Positions 1 through 6,452 are shown, counted from the first letter of the stretch. The stretch: DNA of 64,000 nt from an uncultured Candidatus Izemoplasmatales bacterium (GCA_964395055.1 CAYNAA010000004.1:1830-65829); one strand, 5' to 3'. Numbers and translations: made by a program. Notes: generated by a model from the sequence alone, not told the origin.

Positions 1-712
1 TAGGAGGATATAGAAAACCTCCTGGTATGTAGATAACATCATAAATGCTATATACACTTGGATCCATGGATTTCGGGATTGACCATTTGAAAATCCCGGG
101 CGATTGATAATCGTCATCGTCATCGATTAGCGCTGCATTGCCCTTTCCGGGCCATATGGGAATTTCAGGCAAAATAGCCATGGTGGCGTGCCATTCAATT
201 GGCAGAGCCATCATGGCGGTCCATGCAGATTCCTTTGGTGGGGCAATCCGGTTTATCTCTTCGGCCATTCCGCCGGATAGGATTTGAATTTTCTCCCAAG
301 TACGAAAGGATATCTCACCTCTTGCGGTAGGAATCTCAAGGACAATCATATTTCCCCCTTGATACAAGGTGTATCGGGTATTTCCGGTACAAGTACCATA
401 TATCAAAGTGACATCCCATGGACAGTATTCCCCCAAAGTGGGAGTTATGGCGATCCCATTTTCTATATTTGCAGCCCGTTCCCTTCGCCATTGTGCCACT
501 TGGGCATTCACCAATTCTTGCATTGTGGAAATATGCCTCACCTCATCTAACGGGACAACGGTCCCGTGCTTAAAGAAAGCACGGAGCCGCTCAAAAGCGA
601 TTGCCGCTTGTGTGAAGTCCCGATACTCGAAGATGTATTTCTTATCGTTGGCCACATACATGTTCACGTTTTCTTCTCTCATGTCTTCTGTCCTCATGTT
701 TTCTGTCCTCAT
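1..712 (-). CDS. hypothetical protein; C-terminal end lies beyond the left window edge
   Basis: Minus-strand frame is open from ATG 712 to base 1, with in-frame alternative starts at 696, 682 and 661. Begins MRTENMRTEDMREENVNMYVANDKKYIFEY. Missing from the ORF track because it runs off the window. Plus-strand ORFs 284-874 are its shadow frames. Confidence 0.55.
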   Translation of the reverse strand, partial: MRTENMRTEDMREENVNMYVANDKKYIFEYRDFTQAAIAFERLRAFFKHGTVVPLDEVRHISTMQELVNAQVAQWRRERAANIENGIAITPTLGEYCPWDVTLIYGTCTGNTRYTLYQGGNMIVLEIPTARGEISFRTWEKIQILSGGMAEEINRIAPPKESAWTAMMALPIEWHATMAILPEIPIWPGKGNAALIDDDDDYQSPGIFKWSIPKSMDPSVYSIYDVIYIPGGFLYPP

Positions 713-723
713 AGAATATTCTA
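712..723. repeat. TAGAATATTCTA palindrome, exact copy
   Basis: 12/12. Its TAG (723-721, minus strand) is the stop of ORF 721-858. It abuts ATG 712 of the next ORF. Confidence 0.9.
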
Positions 724-858
724 CGACACGTCGAATCCGCTATTGCGGAAAGCCTTTAACTCACTCCAAGTCAATGCCATTTTAACCTCTCCCGGATATG
801 GTAATCCGGGGGCGCCAATCCTGATCGTCCGCATCGCATGGTCAATCCATACCGTCAT
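721..858 (-). CDS. small hypothetical protein (45 aa)
   Basis: Hand translation: MTVWIDHAMRTIRIGAPGLPYPGEVKMALTWSELKAFRNSGFDVS. AGGAG (867-871) lies 8 nt before ATG 858. Below the 60-aa cutoff of the ORF track. Confidence 0.4.
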   Translation of the reverse strand: MTVWIDHAMRTIRIGAPGLPYPGEVKMALTWSELKAFRNSGFDVS

Positions 859-871
859 GATGTTTTCTCCT

Positions 872-883
872 TAGAATATTCTA
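872..883. repeat. TAGAATATTCTA palindrome, exact copy
   Basis: 12/12. On the minus strand it is fused to the SD as TAGAATATTCTAAGGAG, 13 nt before ATG 858. Confidence 0.9.
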
Positions 884-901
884 AGAGTCGTTATGACTCT
901 T
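883..901 (-). promoter_or_regulatory. leader stem-loop (7-bp stem, 5-nt loop)
   Basis: AAGAGTC-ATAAC-GACTCTT on the minus strand, between the predicted promoter at 914-943 and the palindrome/SD. Confidence 0.5.
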
Positions 902-913
902 AACTATGCTCCC

Positions 914-943
914 ATTATAACACAAAGACCGGTCTTGTGTCAA
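914..943 (-). promoter_or_regulatory. sigma70-type consensus promoter reading leftward
   Basis: Minus strand reads TTGACA (943-938), an 18-nt spacer, then TATAAT (919-914) preceded by TGT (extended -10). Confidence 0.7.
925..936. promoter_or_regulatory. putative operator, perfect palindrome AAGACCGGTCTT (in the promoter spacer)
   Basis: 12-bp perfect palindrome inside the -35/-10 spacer. An identical copy lies at 948-959. Confidence 0.55.
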
Positions 944-947
944 GCAT

Positions 948-959
948 AAGACCGGTCTT
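948..959. promoter_or_regulatory. putative operator, perfect palindrome AAGACCGGTCTT (upstream of -35)
   Basis: Identical to 925-936, with centres 23 bp apart. The two copies bracket the -35 hexamer. Confidence 0.55.
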
Positions 960-960
960 T

Positions 961-1034
961 ATTCCTACGCGGGCGTGGGCGCCTTTATTCCCCTACGCGG
1001 GCGTGATTCCTACGTGGGCGTGAGCGCCTTTATT
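961..1034. repeat. GC-rich direct repeats (CCTACG[C/T]GGGCGTG x3; 29-bp unit x2)
   Basis: 14-mers at 964-977, 992-1005 and 1009-1022. GCGCCTTTATT at 979-989 and 1024-1034. The 29-bp unit at 961-989 recurs at 1006-1034 with 2 mismatches. Confidence 0.8.
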
Positions 1035-1035
1035 G

Positions 1036-1047
1036 TAGAATATTCTA
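1036..1047. repeat. TAGAATATTCTA palindrome, exact copy
   Basis: 12/12. Non-coding, between the two repeat families upstream of the 914-943 promoter. Confidence 0.9.
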
Positions 1048-1056
1048 TCCCATACT

Positions 1057-1137
1057 TTTATAATCCGCCCGGATCAGTCCTAATTTATAATCCGCCCAGA
1101 TCAGTCCTAATTTATAATCCGCCCGAATCAGCCCAAT
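1057..1137. repeat. 27-bp direct tandem repeat x3
   Basis: TTTATAATCCGCCCGGATCAGTCCTAA at 1057-1083, 1084-1110 (1 mismatch) and 1111-1137 (more diverged). Confidence 0.85.
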
Positions 1138-1306
1138 CCAAGTTTTCTTACAACCCAAGTTCCCTTGCAATCCGCCTATAACTCAAGTTTTTCCGAAACG
1201 TTTGGAAATAACCTAAATGATGTTGATCTGGTCAACACCACATGTTTTCTTACATAAGCCATGGCCTCTTCACTGGTGAAAAAAGACTTTACCTTTATAT
1301 CAGCAT

Positions 1307-1336
1307 CCAATCATCACTTTTCCAATCATCACTTTT
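1307..1336. repeat. 15-bp tandem repeat x2 (CCAATCATCACTTTT)
   Basis: Copies at 1307-1321 and 1322-1336. A partial third copy runs into the stop codon of ORF 1341-1577. Confidence 0.7.
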
Positions 1337-1340
1337 TCAA

Positions 1341-1577
1341 TCATTCTGGAATCTCTTGCAATAAACCTGGGAAAACTTGAGTAACATATTCTTCATAAAG
1401 CCATTCCTTCAATTGATCTAGATTATCAAGATCAAATATCCCAGATTGACTCTCGTGTACCAAATGAACATACAATGCAATGGCAAAGAAATCTACTGTA
1501 TCTTCGCAAAAATGCGGATCATTTAGGTAGTATACGAAATCTTGGAAAAATTGTTCAGCATCGGTATGCATCAGCAT
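1341..1577 (-). CDS. hypothetical protein (78 aa)
   Basis: ATG 1577 is preceded by AGGAGG. The upstream ORF stops at 1571-1573, giving a compact coupled junction. Confidence 0.6.
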   Translation of the reverse strand: MLMHTDAEQFFQDFVYYLNDPHFCEDTVDFFAIALYVHLVHESQSGIFDLDNLDQLKEWLYEEYVTQVFPGLLQEIPE

Positions 1578-1846
1578 TGTCCTCCTTTATCTAAAGTGTT
1601 CTCATGATCTTTACAATATTGCCAATCCCCTGTCGCCGCGAGAGCTAAAGCTTTCGCAGCATACGATAATTCTCCTTTGCACAAGTATTCATGGATCACG
1701 TAATATAAAACATTACGTGGTGTAAATGTATGGACAGCAGATTTTCTTTCTGTACTCATACATTGAACAGCTTCATGACGATAGTTGAATATCATATTTG
1801 ATGCAATCACTCTTGTCCCTTTAGACATATGAGTAATGAAAAACAT
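1571..1846 (-). CDS. hypothetical protein (91 aa)
   Basis: ATG start with a purine-rich SD-like stretch upstream. Packed against its neighbours on the same strand. Confidence 0.55.
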   Translation of the reverse strand: MFFITHMSKGTRVIASNMIFNYRHEAVQCMSTERKSAVHTFTPRNVLYYVIHEYLCKGELSYAAKALALAATGDWQYCKDHENTLDKGGQC

Positions 1847-1849
1847 GCC

Positions 1850-2077
1850 TTACTTCCTATGAATCTGTAAAGATTTGTATGGGCCACGTTCCCCCATCTT
1901 TTCGACTTGCTCAAACCGAAAACGAGGAAACATAGAATTCAAGTAATTCTTGAGTGCCGCATCGGAACGACACCTACCACGGACATGCTTCAAAAACAAA
2001 ACAATTGTACGCATATCTTCTTCCGTTCGCGGATCTAATACTTCTTGCAAACGTTGCGCATCTTCAAATCGAATCAT
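1850..2077 (-). CDS. hypothetical protein (75 aa)
   Basis: ATG 2077 lies 23 nt downstream of palindrome 2101-2112, with AAAGGA in between. Confidence 0.55.
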   Translation of the reverse strand: MIRFEDAQRLQEVLDPRTEEDMRTIVLFLKHVRGRCRSDAALKNYLNSMFPRFRFEQVEKMGERGPYKSLQIHRK

Positions 2078-2100
2078 TGTTCTATCCTTTCTTTTCCTTT

Positions 2101-2112
2101 TAGAATATTCTA
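2101..2112. repeat. TAGAATATTCTA palindrome, exact copy
   Basis: 12/12. Its TAG (2112-2110, minus strand) is the stop codon of ORF 2110-2295. Confidence 0.9.
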
Positions 2113-2295
2113 ACCACGAAGTCGATCAATCTCTTTTCGTAAATTTCGATTTTCCGCCATCTCATCTGCCCACGCTTGGCGTAATTCCTCAATGCGGGCA
2201 TTTTGATATTGCAATTTCTTAACATAATCTTCATCAGGAAAAAAGGCCTCTAATACTTGTTCAATTTCCTTTAACAAGTGGCTTTTGTCCTTCAT
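2110..2295 (-). CDS. small coiled-coil protein, member of a 3-gene paralogue set
   Basis: 61 aa. Shares ENRNLR and RIEEL with ORF 2549-3109, and KEIDRLR with ORF 2335-2556. Confidence 0.5.
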   Translation of the reverse strand: MKDKSHLLKEIEQVLEAFFPDEDYVKKLQYQNARIEELRQAWADEMAENRNLRKEIDRLRG

Positions 2296-2334
2296 TTTCT
2301 TTCCTCTTCTTAGGTTTTTCTTAGGTCTTTTTTC

Positions 2335-2556
2335 TTAGGTCTTTTTCTTACGAAGCCGATCAATTTCTTTGTCCACCACATCCATAGCACCATGTAATGC
2401 TTCCCATTCCTTGGTTCCACACCATTCTGGGATCATTCGCCATGCTGCCCATGCCGCTGCTGTTTGCTTTATTATTTCACGCAGCCGTTCAATTTCTGCT
2501 ATGGCGCACTCGTGGTGTGCGCGCCAACATTCCTGATAATGGTTTTCATTATTCAT
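2335..2556 (-). CDS. small coiled-coil protein, paralogue set
   Basis: 73 aa. ECWRAHHECAIAEIERLRE parallels DCWRIYWKRAVAEVDRLRT of ORF 2549-3109. ATG 2556 follows AAGGA. Confidence 0.5.
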   Translation of the reverse strand: MNNENHYQECWRAHHECAIAEIERLREIIKQTAAAWAAWRMIPEWCGTKEWEALHGAMDVVDKEIDRLRKKKT

Positions 2557-3109
2557 CGTTTTGATCCTTTTTTCGGTTCAGCGTGGTTTTCAATTCCTCG
2601 ATACGGGAGTTGAAGTTCCCCCGCAGCCGCCGGACCTCATCCACCAACAACCCAAGAAGGTCGAGTAAAGCATCGTCAGTAGTATGAAGGTTATGGCTGT
2701 CTATTATGGGTCGCCAAGATTCGGATTGCGCCGCAATTACTTGGTGCACCAATGGTTCTATCACCGATTTTATGCTCTCACGTTCCGAGTCTAACCCTTT
2801 GGTCATAGCCACCCAGGCTTCATTGCACAGGTATTCTTCCCACAGGTATGTATACCCCGGATTGACAGCTACCTTATTGGGATTAGTGCCATGGCCATTG
2901 TAATACATGGTTTTGATTGCCTGCATCTTAATAGCGTTTCGCAAATTGCGATTTTCTGTTCGCAGCCGATCAACCTCCGCCACAGCGCGTTTCCAGTAAA
3001 TACGCCAACAATCTTCACTCATTGCTCTGGTCATCCTTTTCTCCGGTGTCATCCCACCGGCGCATATACATCCTCCATCCGAAATCCTACCGCTCACGTA
3101 TCGTTGCAT
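2549..3109 (-). CDS. coiled-coil protein, paralogue set (start probably ATG 3034)
   Basis: 186-aa maximal ORF. GGAG sits 6 nt before ATG 3034 (MTRAMSEDCW...). Lies in the GC-rich island. Confidence 0.5.
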   Translation of the reverse strand: MQRYVSGRISDGGCICAGGMTPEKRMTRAMSEDCWRIYWKRAVAEVDRLRTENRNLRNAIKMQAIKTMYYNGHGTNPNKVAVNPGYTYLWEEYLCNEAWVAMTKGLDSERESIKSVIEPLVHQVIAAQSESWRPIIDSHNLHTTDDALLDLLGLLVDEVRRLRGNFNSRIEELKTTLNRKKDQNDE

Positions 3110-3193
3110 ACTCCAGCCAGCGCACCTCGTTTCCTACCCGCACCGGTAGCCACAAAAACTTGCGCACGTCTCCGTAGTTGGGGATTGTCCACC

Positions 3194-3502
3194 TCATGAT
3201 TCGCCCTCCATGATTTCCTTCACGTTCTCATCTACCTTTGCCAACGCCTCGAGCAGCGCGAGTGTGGCAGACTGGGCACGACCGGTATAATAGGAATCTG
3301 TATAAGGCAAGTAAATGCTTGCACGACTCCGGATAATACGCTCAATATGCGGCTCCCCAGATATAAAATTCCAGAGCCATCCCAGCCACCATCCGTCCAC
3401 AGTAACCGTATCTATGCTTTTAGTGGGGTCCGGGGCGATGCACTGCCATCCAGTAAATTTCCAGCAACCACACTCACAAATCCCTACTTTACCCACGCCC
3501 AC
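3194..3502 (-). CDS. hypothetical protein (GC-rich island)
   Basis: GTG start with no clear SD. The translation looks protein-like, whereas the overlapping plus-strand ORFs are S/P/H-rich junk. Confidence 0.35.
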   Translation of the reverse strand: MGVGKVGICECGCWKFTGWQCIAPDPTKSIDTVTVDGWWLGWLWNFISGEPHIERIIRSRASIYLPYTDSYYTGRAQSATLALLEALAKVDENVKEIMEGES

Positions 3503-3553
3503 GGCGCGGCTTCGGGCGTCATACCCACCAGGTGGGCGAGTTCGGCTATCTGG

Positions 3554-3811
3554 TCAGCAGTCATTGTTCTGGCCCTCCATGGTTATTTTTTCTGGTTCCC
3601 ATACTGGGCAGTCCTTTCCGTCCCACGCCCAACACTCTAACCTCTTAGACGTGTCTAGTGCTGCGTGTATGTAGTTAACCTTCGTAAAGGCTGTAGGTAG
3701 TTGAATAGGGTAGGAGCAGGATGTTGTGCAGTCGCTCTTGCGAATGTGCCCATAGCGCCGCTTCATTGTTTCGCGATCCCACCACTTGCATGTACCGCAG
3801 CATTGTCTCAT
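3554..3811 (-). CDS. Cys-rich hypothetical protein (85 aa, GC-rich island)
   Basis: MRQCCGTCKWW... ATGA start/stop overlap with ORF 3808-4188. Confidence 0.5.
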   Translation of the reverse strand: MRQCCGTCKWWDRETMKRRYGHIRKSDCTTSCSYPIQLPTAFTKVNYIHAALDTSKRLECWAWDGKDCPVWEPEKITMEGQNNDC

Positions 3812-4188
3812 TCATCGTCTTTTTCCTTCTTTTCCTGCCACTCGGTATGCACCCCTGCTACCCAGGGCAGCACGTCCGCTAAATCGTGTCCCACACCAAC
3901 ACACAACTCTGTGTATTGTGCATGATCGAAATAGAAGCGCACACCAGCGGCGTCAAACGCCAGTTCGTCTCGGTTGGCCACACGCAGGCCCAACAATGCC
4001 GCGCGCAGCTCGAAAAACTCATGCACCAATGTAGCCACCACATGAGCCCACGGCTGATCCATGCCAATACACACACGGATGTACCGGCCATCATCCCTAG
4101 GAAACTCAAAGTCTCCACCAGCACCACCGCGTGGATAGACGCGGGTGTAGGCGCCATTCACGATCAGGCCCCGGTACCGTTTGCTCAT
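3808..4188 (-). CDS. hypothetical protein (126 aa, GC-rich island)
   Basis: ATGA overlaps at both ends (4185-4188 and 3808-3811) indicate a translationally coupled chain. Confidence 0.55.
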   Translation of the reverse strand: MSKRYRGLIVNGAYTRVYPRGGAGGDFEFPRDDGRYIRVCIGMDQPWAHVVATLVHEFFELRAALLGLRVANRDELAFDAAGVRFYFDHAQYTELCVGVGHDLADVLPWVAGVHTEWQEKKEKDDE

Positions 4189-4970
4189 GATGTTTTTCCC
4201 ATCCGTGCCTCAAGCGCACGGAGTGCCTGGCCGAATTCGTTGTCGTGCCCACAGATGGATGTGATGTGGATAAGTCTGACGTGACCGTAGCGAACTCCAT
4301 TTGGAGCAATTGCTAAATACCCACTTATGCCTATACGCCACCCCGTCGGCCACTCCGGCAGCGGCTCGGGTGGCGGGATAATGCCCATCTCACGCGCGCG
4401 GGCGAGAGCAGCGTGGGCCTCCCATTCTGTGGCGAAAATGCCCTGTAGGTATTCCACAGACATGCACACGTAGAGTTTTCCGTATGGGGTGAGCCAATAC
4501 TTCCCGTCCGTCACATCCCACAGCCCGTCGTCCCGCTCGACCACCTCCCACCCGTCATCGGGTTCGCCGTTCCGCTCGGCCTGCTCCGGCTCATGGTATT
4601 CAATCAGTGCAAGCAGCGCCTCGGCGGCGGTGGCAAACACGTCATTTTCCGAGCACACAGCGCTAGTTTTACCGTCATGGCACACATAGAGATCACTATT
4701 TGCTGGACTCCTGCCATTGGCAATTGCCCAACCACTGGGGTGTCCTCCGGCACGTCGTACCCGAAACACTCCAGACCTCTCGCGTGCATTTACGAGGTCG
4801 CAGAATTTTTCGATCATAGCATCCAGGCTTTGCAAGTCAAAGCAATGGGGTCCATGATGGAGCACCCAAAAATAGGCGCCTTTTGTGTCGCGATTGCCCT
4901 GCACCCCCGCCTGTCCACGCTCCATGTAGCGTATGAGCTTGTTCTCGTCTGCCTGTGCCAAGTTTTTCAT
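4185..4970 (-). CDS. hypothetical protein (261 aa, GC-rich island)
   Basis: Longest ORF of the island. ATG 4970 overlaps the stop of the 35-aa ORF 4967-5074. Confidence 0.6.
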   Translation of the reverse strand: MKNLAQADENKLIRYMERGQAGVQGNRDTKGAYFWVLHHGPHCFDLQSLDAMIEKFCDLVNARERSGVFRVRRAGGHPSGWAIANGRSPANSDLYVCHDGKTSAVCSENDVFATAAEALLALIEYHEPEQAERNGEPDDGWEVVERDDGLWDVTDGKYWLTPYGKLYVCMSVEYLQGIFATEWEAHAALARAREMGIIPPPEPLPEWPTGWRIGISGYLAIAPNGVRYGHVRLIHITSICGHDNEFGQALRALEARMGKTS

Positions 4971-5074
4971 GTCAGTACCTCCAATTGCCGCACCTGGATT
5001 TTGTCACGATTACCCAGAAACAGCATGTCTTCCGCCTGCCCACGCTCCATGTAGCGCAAAATTTTTAGCTCCAT
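4967..5074 (-). CDS. 35-aa ORF, truncated duplicate of the N-terminus of ORF 4185-4970
   Basis: MELKILRYMERGQAEDMLFLGNRDKIQVRQLEVLT compared with NKLIRYMERGQAGVQGNRD. The 25-nt repeat at 5032-5056 and 4907-4931 differs at 1 position. ATG 5074 lies 20 nt after palindrome 5095-5106. Confidence 0.35.
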   Translation of the reverse strand: MELKILRYMERGQAEDMLFLGNRDKIQVRQLEVLT

Positions 5075-5094
5075 AGCTGCCTTCTCTCCAAGGT

Positions 5095-5106
5095 TAGAAT
5101 ATTCTA
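5095..5106. repeat. TAGAATATTCTA palindrome, exact copy
   Basis: 12/12. Marks the right edge of the GC-rich island and lies downstream of the tRNA and its hairpin. Confidence 0.9.
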
Positions 5107-5121
5107 ACTTTTTTCTTTAAG

Positions 5122-5154
5122 GGTACTCCCTCCCTTTTAATGGGAGGGAGTACC
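5122..5154. other. 13-bp GC-rich stem-loop downstream of the tRNA
   Basis: GGTACTCCCTCCC, a 7-nt loop, then GGGAGGGAGTACC. No U-tract follows it on the transcribed (minus) strand. Confidence 0.7.
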
Positions 5155-5169
5155 GATCAATTAAAAAAG

Positions 5170-5256
5170 TGGTAGGCGAGGCGGGGATCGAACCCGCAAG
5201 CCCATACGGGCAAGGGATTTTAAGTCCCTCGTGTATTCCAATTCCACCACTCGCCC
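5170..5256 (-). tRNA. tRNA-Leu (anticodon UAA), class II, CCA encoded
   Basis: Hand-folded. Acceptor GGGCGAG/CTCGCCT. D-arm GTG..CAC with GG in the loop. Anticodon stem AGGGA/TCCCT with loop CTTAAAA. Long variable arm GCCC-GTAT-GGGC. T-arm GCGGG-TTCGATC-CCCGC. Discriminator A, then CCA. 87 nt. Confidence 0.9.
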
Positions 5257-5257
5257 T

Positions 5258-5269
5258 TAGAATATTCTA
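5258..5269. repeat. TAGAATATTCTA palindrome, exact copy
   Basis: 12/12. Ends 1 nt before the 5' end of the tRNA. Confidence 0.9.
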
Positions 5270-5340
5270 TTTTCTCGATATTAGTGCTAACAAAAAAAGC
5301 AGTAGCACAGCTCCTGTTAGCACATAGTTTAGAGCCTCCA

Positions 5341-6417
5341 TTACTCTGAGAGAATGTCATTCACCATCTCCCAAAAGCGATCTGGGTCCTTGTCCCGAGC
5401 TTCTTCAATACGAATAAGCTCATCTTCTAAATCTGGTAATTCTTCCTGAGCAACCTTGTCACCCAGAGCTGCATCTAATTGTCGTGCCAAGATTTGACTA
5501 CGACAAACATTTCGCGCACTTTTCAGTTTCTTTGGCCCCCATGTTTTTGGGGCTTTTTCTTTTCGTGGCTTGTCTTTGTCTGCTCTCTTCTGTTTCAACC
5601 ACTCTTCAGCTTCTTCTTCATTTTTGATACCATCGACTTCGATGGCTGTTGCAGATGTAAACTTGATTGCATCTTTATCGCCATCGCAGTATTGCTTAAA
5701 TTCTTCTTCAATGAGCGAATGCGCTGAAGCGATCCGCTTAAAATACTGCACTTTTCCACGCCATGTTTCCAAACGGGCTTGTTCAATGGTAGTTACCTTC
5801 TTCGATCCCACCATTGTGAACCCGTGCTTTCTCAATTCATCTAAACGAGCATCCAATGCCAGTTTGGCTCGCGAGCCTCCTAGCTTATAAAACAGGGGAG
5901 AAAGGATATTTGCGATCTCACCTTCAGTTCGATTCTGTCGGACATAGCGTTTCACAGCAAGATAGAGCTCAAACATATCGAGCTCTTCTTCACTGCCATG
6001 ATCCATCATAAGGCGCTGTCGCGTTGGCTCATCAAGATTCAAGACAAGACGATAGGGAACCTGTCCCTCGTAGTGCTTCTTGAAAAACTCTGGCTCGTTA
6101 TCCCGGAGCCACATCAAAGCTCGATGACGTAGAAAACCACAAATACCACGCGGCTTCGCATCATCTTTAGTGGTGTTCATATCCCCCACGATCAAGGGAG
6201 TGCGAATAAAACCATCAGCTTTGAGCTCTGCAATTTTTCGTGTCACTCGCTCATCATATTTGTCAGTGCGGCGAACATTCCACTTTGTAGAATAATCTAC
6301 ATCATCGAGATTGAAATAGTGAAGTTCCTTGTCAGTTTCGATTTCGATTTGTGTGTGCAACTCCGCCATTATTTCAGTGTCAGCATTTAATTCTTCTTGT
6401 ACATGCTCAGTGGTCAT
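5341..6417 (-). CDS. ParB/Srx-superfamily N-terminal domain protein (paralogue C)
   Basis: TPLIVGD...GICGFLRHRALMWL matches the ParB-box GxxRxxA pattern. Lysine/glutamate-rich C-terminus. Confidence 0.5.
   Translation of the reverse strand: MTTEHVQEELNADTEIMAELHTQIEIETDKELHYFNLDDVDYSTKWNVRRTDKYDERVTRKIAELKADGFIRTPLIVGDMNTTKDDAKPRGICGFLRHRALMWLRDNEPEFFKKHYEGQVPYRLVLNLDEPTRQRLMMDHGSEEELDMFELYLAVKRYVRQNRTEGEIANILSPLFYKLGGSRAKLALDARLDELRKHGFTMVGSKKVTTIEQARLETWRGKVQYFKRIASAHSLIEEEFKQYCDGDKDAIKFTSATAIEVDGIKNEEEAEEWLKQKRADKDKPRKEKAPKTWGPKKLKSARNVCRSQILARQLDAALGDKVAQEELPDLEDELIRIEEARDKDPDRFWEMVNDILSE
6288..6299. repeat. palindrome variant TAGAATAATCTA (11/12), inside a CDS
   Basis: One mismatch. 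It is the reverse complement of the variant at 6727-6738. Confidence 0.6.
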
Positions 6418-6440
6418 TTTTCGTTCCTCTTTTTTTTGCG

Positions 6441-6452
6441 TAGAATATTCTA
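6441..6452. repeat. TAGAATATTCTA palindrome, exact copy
   Basis: 12/12. Its TAG (6452-6450) is the stop of ORF 6450-6713. It lies 23 nt before ATG 6417. Confidence 0.9.

Noticed and set aside
712-723. TAGAATATTCTA as a simple -10 promoter element (TAGAAT) or as an intrinsic terminator
   Set aside because: At most junctions it lies only 10-23 nt before the ATG and directly abuts the SD, so a transcript starting after it would lack the SD. As a hairpin it would have at most a 4-bp stem and no U-tract. Only two copies have a plausible -35/-10 downstream; those are reported separately.
284-874. Plus-strand ORFs 284-550, 369-785 and 566-874 from the ORF track
   Set aside because: They overlap each other and lie antisense to a continuous minus-strand frame (1-712) and a small SD-preceded ORF (721-858). 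Their translations are low-complexity or hydrophobic junk, and all neighbouring genes are on the minus strand.
3315-5054. Plus-strand and alternative-frame ORFs in the GC-rich island (for example 3315-3674, 3347-3640, 3701-4034, 3886-4284, 4593-5054, 3879-4157, 4106-4309)
   Set aside because: High G+C suppresses stop codons in all frames. These ORFs give S/P/H/R-rich translations and lack SD sites. The minus-strand chain, by contrast, is linked by ATGA overlaps.
5170-5256. tRNA as a prophage attachment site or integration-module remnant
   Set aside because: The tRNA is full length with its own encoded CCA. No integrase or excisionase-like gene, and no duplicated tRNA 3' fragment, is visible in the window. 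It looks like a phage-borne functional tRNA.
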